A stretch of 64,000 nt of DNA from Bacteroidales bacterium. GTDB taxonomy: Bacteria > Bacteroidota > Bacteroidia > Bacteroidales > DTGW01. The first letter of the stretch is position 1. Each line of letters opens with the position of its first letter. The stretch lies in assembly GCA_049968755.1 (NCBI GenBank), contig JBMFQE010000005.1, positions 18,188 to 82,187 on the forward strand, given 5' to 3'. The position numbers were made by a program, and so were the translations under genes. Under the pieces are notes generated by a model, which was not told the DNA's origin, made no database searches, and saw nothing but the letters and a program-made list of their open reading frames with translations. Shown here piece by piece: positions 18,330 to 28,422 of the stretch.

Positions 18330-20150
18330 ATGATTAGCGAAAGGGATAGCGTTGTAATAAAATTTGCGGGTGATTCGGGTGATGGGATGCAGCTCATTGG
18401 CAGCATCTTCTCGGACAATTCTGCTATTTTTGGTAATGATCTGGCTACTTTTCCCGATTATCCGGCAGAAATTAGGGCCCCACGGAATACTCTGGCTGGG
18501 GTGTCGGGTTTTCAGGTGCATATTGGAAAAAAACGAATTTACACTTTTGGCGATTTTTGTGATATTCTGGTGGTGATGAATCCAGCTTCCTTAAAGGCAA
18601 ATCTTAAATGGGCAAAAAAGGGAGCTACCATTATACTTGACGAGGATGCATTTACTCCCGAGGCCTGTGAAAAGGCAGGTTACCAGAGCAATCCTCTGAA
18701 CGATGGGACATTGGGAGCATTTCACGTTATCAAGGCCCCTATCACATTGCTTACCCGTAAAACGCTTGAAAAATTTCAGCTTGCACCCAAGGTTGCCGAC
18801 CGGTCGAAAAACATGTTTGCCCTGGGAATAATTTATTTTTTGCTTAATCGCAAGCTGGATCTGGTGTTTACCTATTTTGAGAAAAAATTTGGAAAAGATT
18901 CGGTGGCTACGGAGTCCAACAAGCTGGTGCTTGAAGCGGGATATAATTTTGCCGAAAATATTGAGGCGCTGGAGTCGAAAATTCATGTTCCTCCTGCCCA
19001 GCTGGAGAAGGGAAAGTATCGCAATATTACGGGCAATGTGGCAACTGCCTGGGGATTGTTAGCAGCAGCCGAAAAGGCTGGCTTGCAGCTTTTTTTGGGT
19101 TCGTATCCCATCACCCCAGCTTCCGATATTCTTATCGAACTTGCTAAGCTAAAATCGCTGGGTGTAAAGGTATTTCAGGCCGAGGACGAAATTGCTGCCA
19201 TCACCTCTGCACTGGGTGCATCGTTTGCTGGAGCGCTGGGGGTAACTACCACCTCAGGCCCCGGTTTTTCCCTGAAGACCGAGGCTCTTGGGTTAGCTGT
19301 GATGACCGAATTGCCGCTGGTGGTAGTCGATGTTCAGCGTGCAGGCCCTTCAACCGGTATGCCCACAAAGGCCGAGCAAAGCGACCTGTATCATGCCCTG
19401 TTTGGACGTACGGGTGAGGCCCCTATACCGATAATAGCAGCTTCATCGCCTTCTAATTGCTTCTATTACGCTTTTACCGCTGCAAAAATTGCCATAGAAC
19501 ACATGACGCCCGTTATTTTGCTTACTGATGGATTTCTGGGCAATGGTTCGCAATTGTTCCGCATACCCCGAATGGCCGATATGCCTGCCATAACACCACC
19601 TTACGCTCAACCCGGTGAGGGATACAAGCCCTATCGTCGAAATCCCGATACGCTGGTTCGCTATTGGGCTATTCCTGGCACTGAGGAAATGCGTCATCGG
19701 ATTGGGGGGCTTGAAAAAGAAGATGTTACAGGAACTGTTACTACCGATCCCCTCAATCATCAAAAAATGATAGAACTGCGCAAAAATAAGGTAATGAGGA
19801 TAGCCAACGAATTACCCTTGCAGGCAACTTTCGGAAATCAGCAGGGTGAACTGTTGGTGGTAGGTTGGGGTAGTGCCGAGGGCGTTGTCCACGCTACTGT
19901 TGAAGAACTTTTGCAGGAAGGATATCCCATCGCGCACACAAACTTTAACTATATCTTCCCACTACCCTTGAATACGGCCGATATTTTTAGCCGCTACCGA
20001 AAAATTTTAGTGTGTGAGCTCAACTCTGGCCAGTTTGCCAACTATCTTCGTATGACTTTTCCCCAGTATACCTATCTGCAATACAATAAGATACAGGGGC
20101 TTCCGTTTACGCAGCAAGAAATTAAAGAGGCTATTTTGAATAATTTGTAA
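18330..20150 (+). CDS. korA: 2-oxoglutarate:ferredoxin oxidoreductase, alpha (fused gamma/alpha) subunit
   Basis: The N-terminus IKFAGDSGDGMQLIG is typical of the two-subunit KorAB type, followed by a pyruvate-flavodoxin oxidoreductase core. The ORF-track start at 18138 adds 64 implausible residues overlapping the divergent gene. Confidence 0.9.
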   Translation: MISERDSVVIKFAGDSGDGMQLIGSIFSDNSAIFGNDLATFPDYPAEIRAPRNTLAGVSGFQVHIGKKRIYTFGDFCDILVVMNPASLKANLKWAKKGATIILDEDAFTPEACEKAGYQSNPLNDGTLGAFHVIKAPITLLTRKTLEKFQLAPKVADRSKNMFALGIIYFLLNRKLDLVFTYFEKKFGKDSVATESNKLVLEAGYNFAENIEALESKIHVPPAQLEKGKYRNITGNVATAWGLLAAAEKAGLQLFLGSYPITPASDILIELAKLKSLGVKVFQAEDEIAAITSALGASFAGALGVTTTSGPGFSLKTEALGLAVMTELPLVVVDVQRAGPSTGMPTKAEQSDLYHALFGRTGEAPIPIIAASSPSNCFYYAFTAAKIAIEHMTPVILLTDGFLGNGSQLFRIPRMADMPAITPPYAQPGEGYKPYRRNPDTLVRYWAIPGTEEMRHRIGGLEKEDVTGTVTTDPLNHQKMIELRKNKVMRIANELPLQATFGNQQGELLVVGWGSAEGVVHATVEELLQEGYPIAHTNFNYIFPLPLNTADIFSRYRKILVCELNSGQFANYLRMTFPQYTYLQYNKIQGLPFTQQEIKEAILNNL

Positions 20151-20156
20151 GCAGCA

Positions 20157-21200
20157 ATGATTATGGAACCGATTCGCAATACCATTGAACCCTCGCCAGT
20201 AGAGTTAAAAAAAGAAGATTTTGTTAGCGATCAAACCGTGAAGTGGTGCCCGGGCTGTGGTTCGCATATCATTCTTTCGGCAGTTGAAAACGTTTTTCCC
20301 CGGATTGGTTATAAAAAGGAAAATTTTGTTATCGTTTCGGGGATTGGCTGTTCCTCGCGTTTCCCCTATTACGTTAATACTTATGGTTTTCATGGCATTC
20401 ATGGTCGAGCCCATGCTATTGCAACAGGGGTAAAGCTTGCCAATCCCGGACTTAGCGTATGGGTAGCCACAGGCGATGGGGATTCACTTGCTATAGGTGG
20501 AAATCACTTTATTCATGTTATTCGCCGGAATGTCGACCTGAATATTCTACTTTTCAACAATCAAATATACGGCCTTACCAAGGGTCAGTTTTCGCCTACT
20601 ACACCGCGTGGTACTGTAACCAAAACTTCGCCCGAGGGTACTATTGAGGATAGTTTTAATGTGGGACAGCTTGTCCTGGGAGCACAGGGAACTTTTTTTG
20701 CAAGGGTGGTCGATAACTTACCCCAATTGATGTCCGATGTGCTTTACCTGGCAGCTAAGCATGATGGTACTTCAGTGGTTGAAATACTTCAGCATTGTGT
20801 TATTTTTAACGACAAAGCTTACGAACATTTGACCAATAAGGATACGCGGGATGATAATCTATTGATACTTACCCCTGACGAGCCCATGATTTTTGGCAAA
20901 AACAGGGATAAAGGGTTAGCATGGAAAGAGGGTAAACTGAGTGTTATCCAGTTGGGTAAGGATGGTAGCCTGGACGATGTGATGGTACACCAGCCCTACG
21001 AAGATAATTTTTACCTGCATATGATGCTGTGCCAGATGATGCCTCCCCAGTTCCCCCTGGCGGTTGGGGTCATTCGCATGGTTAAAAAACCTACTTTTGA
21101 TGATTTATTGATCGAACAAATTAATCATGCCAAGAAAACATCGAATATTCGATGTGTGGACGATTTGCTGAATAGTGGGTCAGTGTTTGAAATCAGCTGA
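20157..21200 (+). CDS. korB: 2-oxoglutarate:ferredoxin oxidoreductase, beta (TPP-binding) subunit
   Basis: WCPGCG N-terminal motif and TPP-binding GDGDSLAIGGNH...NNQIYGLTKGQ. Confidence 0.92.
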   Translation: MIMEPIRNTIEPSPVELKKEDFVSDQTVKWCPGCGSHIILSAVENVFPRIGYKKENFVIVSGIGCSSRFPYYVNTYGFHGIHGRAHAIATGVKLANPGLSVWVATGDGDSLAIGGNHFIHVIRRNVDLNILLFNNQIYGLTKGQFSPTTPRGTVTKTSPEGTIEDSFNVGQLVLGAQGTFFARVVDNLPQLMSDVLYLAAKHDGTSVVEILQHCVIFNDKAYEHLTNKDTRDDNLLILTPDEPMIFGKNRDKGLAWKEGKLSVIQLGKDGSLDDVMVHQPYEDNFYLHMMLCQMMPPQFPLAVGVIRMVKKPTFDDLLIEQINHAKKTSNIRCVDDLLNSGSVFEIS

Positions 21201-21233
21201 TTTTTTATTTTTGTGGTAAAAAAATATTGCGCC

Positions 21234-21638
21234 ATGCCAAGTATATTTAGCCGTATTATCAATGGGGAAATACCCTGTTACAAAGTTGCCGAGAATGAGC
21301 ATTGTTTCGCTTTTCTCGACATCAATCCATTGGTAAAGGGACATACCCTGGTGGTCCCAAAGAAGGAGATAGACTACATTTTTGATATCGATGATGCTTT
21401 ATTGAGCGAATTAATGACATTTTCGAAAAAAGTAGCACGTGCTATCGAAAATGTGGTTCCTTGTCATCGTATTGGGGTATCGGTGGTGGGACTTGAGGTA
21501 CCGCATGCACATATTCACCTTATCCCTTTGGTAACGGGCATTAATGATATGAACTTTTCAAACCCCAAGTTAAAACTAACCAAAGAAGAATTTGAAGATA
21601 TTGCTACCCGTATCCGTGAGGCATACGAAAAAGGATAG
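21234..21638 (+). CDS. HIT family nucleotide hydrolase
   Basis: Histidine triad HAHIHLIP and the N-terminus IFSRIINGEIPCYKV. Confidence 0.9.
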   Translation: MPSIFSRIINGEIPCYKVAENEHCFAFLDINPLVKGHTLVVPKKEIDYIFDIDDALLSELMTFSKKVARAIENVVPCHRIGVSVVGLEVPHAHIHLIPLVTGINDMNFSNPKLKLTKEEFEDIATRIREAYEKG

Positions 21639-21644
21639 CGTTTT

Positions 21645-23741
21645 TTAAACCCTCATTCCGATCACAAGGATATCGTCAATCTGGTCGAGTTCGCCACGCC
21701 ATTCGGTGATGGTAACGTCGAGGATCTGTTTTTGTTCCTCCATGGCTTTTTCGTGAATATCAATCAGTAGCTGTTTAAACCGCTTGGCCATAAATTTTTT
21801 ACCATTTTCGCCTCCAAATTGGTCGACATAACCATCGGAGAAAATATACAATGTGTCGCCTGGTTGTAGGGGTATTTCGGTATTGGTAAAGCTGGTGGTT
21901 TGTTTGTCGTGGAAACCAACCGGCATGCGGTCAGCAGGACCTTCTATCAGCTCATTGCCTCTTACCAGGTATAGGGGGTTAAATGCACCGGCAAACTGTA
22001 CTCGTTTCAGGTCGCTGTCGAATACGCATAAGGCCATATCCATACCATCTTTGGTTTCTTCCACCGAGCCGCTCTGATGCAACGACTTGATAACCAGCGA
22101 GCGAAGTTCGTCGAGTATCTGGGCAGCAGAAGTAACCTCCGACTTTGATGTAATCTCGTTGAGCAGTGCCATACCCAACATACTCATAAAGGCTCCCGGT
22201 ACTCCATGACCCGTACAATCGGCTGCCGTAACAATTATTTTGCTGTCCTTAGCACTAATCCAGTAAAAGTCGCCGCTAACAATATCTCGGGGTTTATACA
22301 GGATGAAGTATTGAATGTTGTAGTCCTCAAGAACTTTAGGAGAGGGCAGTACCGCTCTTTGAATTCGGCTTGCATAGTGAATACTATCGGTAATCTCTTT
22401 TTTCTGCTGGAAAATCTGGTCGCGTTGTTTCTTTATCTGTTCGTTTTGTTCGGCTAAGAGTATATTTGCCTTTTTCTTTTCTGCATACTGCTTGAAAATA
22501 ATGATGGAGAAGCCCATAACCATAAGGGCTATGAGCCCAACTGCCAATAGAAATATGCTTTTGCGTTTCGATTCGGCATCTTTCTTTGCCAGCTCAGCTT
22601 TCTGAAGTTTTATTTCATTTTCTTTCTTTTCATTTTCGTATCGAGCTTCATTTTCCTGCATCTGGCGCAGGTAATCTTCACTCAGTACCGAATCTTTCAA
22701 ATTCGAATATATCTTGTAGTATTCATAGGCTTGTTTGTAATTACCGATAGCAGAGTATACGCTGGCCATGTTTTCGTAGCTATCAAGCAATTCTTTTTTA
22801 GCATTTAGCTCTTTAAAAAGGGCAACACTTTGTTTATAGTATTGCAGGGCTGTACCATACGAGCCAGCTTTCTGATATATTTCACCCAGTTGGCGTAGAG
22901 CCTGCGCAATTAATAATTTCTCGCCCAGTGATTTATATACGTTCAGCGATTCTTCCACGTATCGAAGTGCCCGGTTGTAATCGCCCTGCTCGGCGTAGAA
23001 GGTTCCCATTTCACCATTTACCTGTGCTAATCCAGGTTTAAACCCAATTTTGGTAAAAATCTGCTGGCTTTTGCGGAAATACTCGAGTGCTTTCTCGTTT
23101 GCATTTATTTTTTTGTATGCTACCCCTGTATTCATGTACAGATAACCTACATAATTTAATTTGCCTAAACGCATGAATATATCAGTAGCTTTTTCGTAAA
23201 ATTCAATAGCTTTTGTATATAACCCGTATGAGAAATATACGTTAGCCAGGTTGTTAAGCGTTCGACCTATCAATACGCTGTCTTTGTTGGCTTCTACATA
23301 TTCGAGGTTGCGCTGAAAATACTCTATTGCCTTCAAATAGTCGCCTTGAGACTTATATAATACTCCAATGTCGTTGAGTATGTCTACCTGCATTCGACTG
23401 TTAACCTGCTTTGCCAGTTCAAGCGCTTTTAAATAGCATTGAAGCGCCTTTTCAATAACCCCCTTGCGATAATAGGCTATCCCTTGCCAGTATAAAATAC
23501 GAAATATTTCTTGAGGATAATTTACATTTTCGCCAATTTCAATGGCTTTCTGGCAATAGTGCAGGGCACTGTCCCATTCCAGCTGATTAAGATAGGTGTT
23601 GGCAATGTTACCCAGTATTTTTATTTTAATAGTGTCTTCATGAGTACTTTTCAACACCTGCTGTAAACTATCAATTTTGTTTCCCAGCAAAAAAGGTGAG
23701 ATAAAGCACATAACAACGGTTATAAACAGCTTATTTTTCAT
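21645..23741 (-). CDS. transmembrane TPR-repeat sensor fused to a PP2C/SpoIIE-type protein phosphatase
   Basis: Signal peptide, ~9-10 TPR units, a coiled coil, one TM helix (SIFLLAVGLIALMVMGFSIIIF), then a SpoIIE domain (SGDFYW, DCTGHGVPGAFMSM, SDGYVDQFG). Confidence 0.85.
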   Translation of the reverse strand: MKNKLFITVVMCFISPFLLGNKIDSLQQVLKSTHEDTIKIKILGNIANTYLNQLEWDSALHYCQKAIEIGENVNYPQEIFRILYWQGIAYYRKGVIEKALQCYLKALELAKQVNSRMQVDILNDIGVLYKSQGDYLKAIEYFQRNLEYVEANKDSVLIGRTLNNLANVYFSYGLYTKAIEFYEKATDIFMRLGKLNYVGYLYMNTGVAYKKINANEKALEYFRKSQQIFTKIGFKPGLAQVNGEMGTFYAEQGDYNRALRYVEESLNVYKSLGEKLLIAQALRQLGEIYQKAGSYGTALQYYKQSVALFKELNAKKELLDSYENMASVYSAIGNYKQAYEYYKIYSNLKDSVLSEDYLRQMQENEARYENEKKENEIKLQKAELAKKDAESKRKSIFLLAVGLIALMVMGFSIIIFKQYAEKKKANILLAEQNEQIKKQRDQIFQQKKEITDSIHYASRIQRAVLPSPKVLEDYNIQYFILYKPRDIVSGDFYWISAKDSKIIVTAADCTGHGVPGAFMSMLGMALLNEITSKSEVTSAAQILDELRSLVIKSLHQSGSVEETKDGMDMALCVFDSDLKRVQFAGAFNPLYLVRGNELIEGPADRMPVGFHDKQTTSFTNTEIPLQPGDTLYIFSDGYVDQFGGENGKKFMAKRFKQLLIDIHEKAMEEQKQILDVTITEWRGELDQIDDILVIGMRV

Positions 23742-24037
23742 GAATCTTCTTTATTTAACCTAAGTTTTCACTCGCAAAGCCCAATTTGTGGGTATATTTT
23801 ATTTCTATCTTTCCAAAAGTATAAATTATTTTAATAAAAGTCAGTGAATTGATTACAATTTTTGTATCAAACAAACAGTTTATCGTTAAGCCCAAATTCG
23901 CCATAAAATCTTATTTTACTAAACCGATTATGGCATTTTTTGTTTTATTTGCTCATGGTAGGGAATAATTTTTAACATTCCTGCCTGTTTCAATTTTCAT
24001 ACATTCAATTCTGTATGAATCAATAATAAAATTGTGT

Positions 24038-27000
24038 TTAATTTTTTTGACCTGGATGCTGCTCGGTTATATTGAGCAGTCGCATAAATCGACGTCGAGC
24101 CAAACGATTCAGTCGTAATGATTCAAAGTAAGCAATCACTTTTCGGAACAAGTCGGCATATAATATGAGCAACAGCAGCCCGGAATACAACCAGATGACG
24201 ATAAGGTTGAACCAGAAGGTGTCGATATAAAATTTACCAATCCGTTTCATGGGTGCATAAAAGTGTGCACGCCCGTTTGTAAGAACGGGTAATCGATAAA
24301 TGGCATTGCGTGTAGGAACTAATGTGTTGTTTTGCAGGTAAAACTCTGAAAATTCCTTTTCGTTAGTTACAACCTCGGCCAGTTGCTTGTTATAATATCG
24401 CTGCTTAATTTTCAGTACGTTGTCTCTATTACCAAACTTTTTAACCAGGGCTTCAAATACCGAGTCTCGTTTGGAGACGGCGTATTGATATTGGGCATTA
24501 AATTGCCTTTCGGCCCAATCAAGGAACTGACTGGCCTTTTTTACCTGATCCGGGATATTGCTTGCAGCAGGGGTAATGTTGGGTGCAGTAACGTTAAGGT
24601 ATTTTGAGATTACTGAAACCTCTGAAGCAATGATAGCCCAATCGCGTTGAAGCTGAGTAGAATCGCTCTCGTTCTCTATTCTTGTAAGTAGTGTGCGAAG
24701 ATAGGGGATAGAGCTTGAACGAAAATAGTTGGCAGTGTATTGTAACTGTTCGTAAGGATAAAAGTGTTTTTCGTAATAATTGTCTTTAAATTGGGTTACA
24801 GCCAGTGCTTCGTAGGCCCAACGCGAAGGCATCAGGTCGCCCTGCAGGGGTACTACCAGATCCGAGGCTATTTTATTGTGCATTTTGTTAAATTCCACCA
24901 CAACTCCGCTAAATAGTAATTGCGGAACAAGGATAAGCGGGATAAGAATGTAAATAGTAACCACCGAATTAAGACCGGCCGAGATATTAAGACCTATCAG
25001 ATTGGCCCAGCACGAGGTGGAAAAAAGAATTAGCCAGTAGCGCCAGGTCATTCCCTCAATTTGCAGCAGATGATTACCAATAACTACCAGAAGGAGCATC
25101 TGAATGGCCGATATGGTAAATAATATGGCCAGCTTGGAAAGCAGGTAGCTCGAACGACTTAGGTTGAGGAATTTTTCGCGCCTTAGGATTTTCCGATCCT
25201 TGAAAATCTCCTCGGCACTGATAATAGAACCAAGGAAAAGGGCTACGATTACAATCATGAAAAGGTAAGCGGGAATATTTGAATTTTCGCCAAATATGTA
25301 GACTGGTGAGCCATCTATAAATACGAAGCTTTTGCTAAAAAAAGCAATAATCAGTGCTAACAGGGGAGCCTCAATAGCCGAAAGTAACAGGTATTGCTGG
25401 TTTCGGATTTTAGCCAGTACATCGCGTTTGATAAATAGTAAAAATTGTTTGAAGCGGCTGGGAATTTTAAAATTATTTTTAGGGATGGTACCATCGTGTT
25501 CACGGTGAATTTGCCGGATATCGGGGTCGATGTTTTTCAGGTAAAGCTCATACCATTCCTGGGGCGAGATTTTTCGCTTACGCGTAGGTCGACCGTATGC
25601 ATCCACCACGCGTGCCTCAACAGTACGCAAAATCTGATCGCAGTTAATATTACCACAGCACAGACATTCGCTTTCTTCGGCATCGGCAAAATGCACTATT
25701 TTCTTGAAATAGGTAATACCGTCGATGGGGTTTCCATAGTAAATGATTCGACCTCCCTGGTCAACCACCAGTAGCTTGTCGAACATTTTAAAAATTTCGG
25801 ACGAGGGCTGGTGTATGGTGGCAATAATCAGATTTCCCTTGAACGTTTGGCGCTTGAGCAGGTTGATAACTTTTTCCGAGTCGGCTGACGACAGTCCCGA
25901 GGTGGGTTCATCAACAAACAGGATGGAGGGTTCACGAATAAGCTCCAGGGCAATATTGAGGCGTTTGCGTTGTCCGCCACTGAGGATGGTTGTAAAAGCA
26001 TCGCCAACGTTTAGGTCGCGTGCCTCTACCAGGTCGAAGTCAACCAGTGCACGTTCCACTACCTGCTGAATTTCCTCCTCGGTGTAGTCGCCAAAGCAAA
26101 GTTTGGCGTTGTAGTAAAGGTTTTGGTAAACAGTAAGCTCCTTAATCAACAAATCGTCCTGGGGCACAAATCCGATTACCCCTTTTAATTCTTCCTTGTG
26201 CTTATGGATGTCCCAGCCATTTATGGTGATGCGGCCGTGACGGGGTTTTAGGTTGCCACAGAGCAGGTTGAGCAGAGTCGATTTTCCCGAGCCGCTACCC
26301 CCAATGATCCCAATAAACCGGCCCGACTCCTCGTTAAGGCTGAAGCGTCGAACACCATTGTTGCTATTTCCATAGCGATACTCGATTTCTTCGGCTACAT
26401 AAACAAACTTTTTTTCGACATTGGCCTGTATAAACCGACCAGCCATCCGGGTGTAGTATAGCGTACCTACCTTCGAATTTTTCAGTACTGCCCCTACCGA
26501 CCAAATGTACGAACGGTATGGCTTTATGCGATGACCATTGAGTAGAAAATTAAGGTTTCCGTGATACCTGAATACGAACAGATTGGTATAGGGTAAGTGC
26601 ATTACCAGTATGCGACCCTCCATCTTGGGGTTGTGCATGTGCTTGACCTCTTCGTATTCTGGTTTTTCCTCAGCATCGATGAATAGCAGGCGCGATTTAT
26701 GAATGATCTTATCAATTTGTCCAAAGGTCAATGCACGCAGATCCTTGAATTCTTCAAGGTTGATCTTAAGATGGATAGCTATTTTGAAAACATATTTTTG
26801 TTCGCGGAAGGTAATGTTTTCGCCCCGGTTAATAAAGTCGAGCAGATAGACCATAACTATCATCTTCTGCTCCATTTCGAGTTCCTGATTAATGCGGTTG
26901 CATATTTCTTCAATCAACGACTCCAGATGGTTGTTCTGGTCTTTTGTGGCCTCTTCGCTATCAAACATCGATTCGGGATGTAGACGCCGTACCTGTTCGT

Positions 27001-27187
27001 CGAAATATTCGATGTAGGCTTGTACCAATTCCTGGCTATACTGGCGATCAAGATAATCGACCACAATATCGCGTTTGTTTTCGAAATTGCCATCCTTTCG
27101 CACATCGGCTACAATGGCAAAAAGGCGCATCAACGATTTTAATACTATTTCGTTCATCATAGCTGGAATTGTATCATACTTTGGCAT
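24038..27187 (-). CDS. large ABC protein: unassigned N-terminal domain + ABC ATPase + ABC-2-type membrane domain + C-terminal extension with a terminal TM helix
   Basis: Walker A GGSGSGKST (~aa 297), signature LSGGQRKR, Walker B ILFVDEPTSGL, H-loop ATIHQPS (ABCG-like), and six predicted TM helices at ~aa 600-800. About 290 aa precede the ATPase and about 230 aa follow the membrane domain, with no motif I recognise. Confidence 0.85.
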   Translation of the reverse strand: MPKYDTIPAMMNEIVLKSLMRLFAIVADVRKDGNFENKRDIVVDYLDRQYSQELVQAYIEYFDEQVRRLHPESMFDSEEATKDQNNHLESLIEEICNRINQELEMEQKMIVMVYLLDFINRGENITFREQKYVFKIAIHLKINLEEFKDLRALTFGQIDKIIHKSRLLFIDAEEKPEYEEVKHMHNPKMEGRILVMHLPYTNLFVFRYHGNLNFLLNGHRIKPYRSYIWSVGAVLKNSKVGTLYYTRMAGRFIQANVEKKFVYVAEEIEYRYGNSNNGVRRFSLNEESGRFIGIIGGSGSGKSTLLNLLCGNLKPRHGRITINGWDIHKHKEELKGVIGFVPQDDLLIKELTVYQNLYYNAKLCFGDYTEEEIQQVVERALVDFDLVEARDLNVGDAFTTILSGGQRKRLNIALELIREPSILFVDEPTSGLSSADSEKVINLLKRQTFKGNLIIATIHQPSSEIFKMFDKLLVVDQGGRIIYYGNPIDGITYFKKIVHFADAEESECLCCGNINCDQILRTVEARVVDAYGRPTRKRKISPQEWYELYLKNIDPDIRQIHREHDGTIPKNNFKIPSRFKQFLLFIKRDVLAKIRNQQYLLLSAIEAPLLALIIAFFSKSFVFIDGSPVYIFGENSNIPAYLFMIVIVALFLGSIISAEEIFKDRKILRREKFLNLSRSSYLLSKLAILFTISAIQMLLLVVIGNHLLQIEGMTWRYWLILFSTSCWANLIGLNISAGLNSVVTIYILIPLILVPQLLFSGVVVEFNKMHNKIASDLVVPLQGDLMPSRWAYEALAVTQFKDNYYEKHFYPYEQLQYTANYFRSSSIPYLRTLLTRIENESDSTQLQRDWAIIASEVSVISKYLNVTAPNITPAASNIPDQVKKASQFLDWAERQFNAQYQYAVSKRDSVFEALVKKFGNRDNVLKIKQRYYNKQLAEVVTNEKEFSEFYLQNNTLVPTRNAIYRLPVLTNGRAHFYAPMKRIGKFYIDTFWFNLIVIWLYSGLLLLILYADLFRKVIAYFESLRLNRLARRRFMRLLNITEQHPGQKN

Positions 27188-27425
27188 TTAATAGTACTGC
27201 TGCTAATTTAGCAGATTTTTATCAGTATGCAATCATGCCTGGCTAACGGGCTGTCTTATTTTTATTGATTCTGCAAGCTCGAGTATCTTGCCATGCGTTT
27301 GGCAGTGATGATCATTTGCACGTCACTAATAAGACAGCAAGTTACTTCTCTGCTTTAAGATTGCTGGGAGGAAACTTTTCGTTTTCTCTGACAAAATTAC
27401 TAGAAATCAAAATATGCTACAAAAT

Positions 27426-27457
27426 AAATGCCCACAATCGGCAAATTGTGGGCATTT
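27426..27457 (-). terminator. rho-independent-type terminator hairpin after the 27489-28319 gene
   Basis: Perfect 13-bp inverted repeat AAATGCCCACAAT/ATTGTGGGCATTT with a 6-nt loop. It is followed on the minus strand by TTATTTTGT. Confidence 0.7.
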
Positions 27458-27488
27458 CATTGGGAAAGTTAGTTATTATTATTAATAA

Positions 27489-28319
27489 TTATAGTACAAA
27501 TTCTTTTCTTACCTTCTCAATGGTGTTAAGCAGAATATTGTAGTCGGAAACGGTAAGTCCTTGATCAACTTTGGCAAAAACAGGTTTCAATATCGACAAT
27601 TTTTCAGACAGGTCCTTCAGCGCTTGATGGTCGGGATATTTTTCGATAAGATTCATTAGTTTTTCGTAAGAATCCTTTTGTTTGGCTATTAGGTCTACAA
27701 TTTGAGAATTATTGTAGGTGTCTTTTGAGATATGCGTAGCAATGAACATTAGCTCAACCCACATTCCCGATACCATCATGACGGCCATTTCGGGGCTATT
27801 TTTATCTTTCAAGGATGAGTAAGTGGCATAGAACGTATTAGTAATAATTTGCACCAGGGTATCTTTATTGTTGGCTTTCATTTTTACCTCGTCGGAGAAG
27901 AGAGGCGAATAGTCAATATTTACGCCCAGTGCATCAATAAGTGTTCTAACCGCCTTGAGGTAAGCCTTAATATCTTCTTCTTTATTGTAGGTGGTGGCGT
28001 AAGCCAGATCGGCCCCATAAACACCCAGGTTAACGGCCTTATCTTTTTCAGTGGCGTATTTTTCTACCTTGCTTACCGGATTGAGATTTTTGCCTACATA
28101 GGCAGCCCCAATATCATTAAGCATCTGGGTTAATTCAAAAGGTGCCGGTAAGGGATATACCACTTCTTTTACATTCTGAGCAATGGAGTCTTTGCTCAGG
28201 GTATCGGCGTTAGCTTGCTGTCCGGAAGGAGCTGAAGGGGTTTGGCAGGCATACATACCCACTATAAATGCCAATATTACCATTAGCAGATGATTTCTTA
28301 ATACTGATTTCAACAACAT
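27489..28319 (-). CDS. hypothetical lipoprotein (predominantly helical)
   Basis: Signal peptide plus lipobox-like VGMYAC. No catalytic motif recognised. Confidence 0.65.
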   Translation of the reverse strand: MLLKSVLRNHLLMVILAFIVGMYACQTPSAPSGQQANADTLSKDSIAQNVKEVVYPLPAPFELTQMLNDIGAAYVGKNLNPVSKVEKYATEKDKAVNLGVYGADLAYATTYNKEEDIKAYLKAVRTLIDALGVNIDYSPLFSDEVKMKANNKDTLVQIITNTFYATYSSLKDKNSPEMAVMMVSGMWVELMFIATHISKDTYNNSQIVDLIAKQKDSYEKLMNLIEKYPDHQALKDLSEKLSILKPVFAKVDQGLTVSDYNILLNTIEKVRKEFVL

Positions 28320-28422
28320 ACGCTATAAATTTTTAAGTTTTCACTATGGTTTACAAAATTTTATCAGTCACAAATGTAATGGTTTTTTGTAACCTCAAAA
28401 AGGTTTTTAGCAATTTGTATGC

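Noticed and set aside
26300-27187. FHA or TerB-like identity for the N-terminal domain of the 1049-aa ABC protein.
   Set aside because: I could not find the FHA hallmark residues (G-R ... S-x-x-H ... N-G) in the right spacing. The TerB-like impression rests only on a DG...E helical pattern. The domain is left unassigned rather than named.
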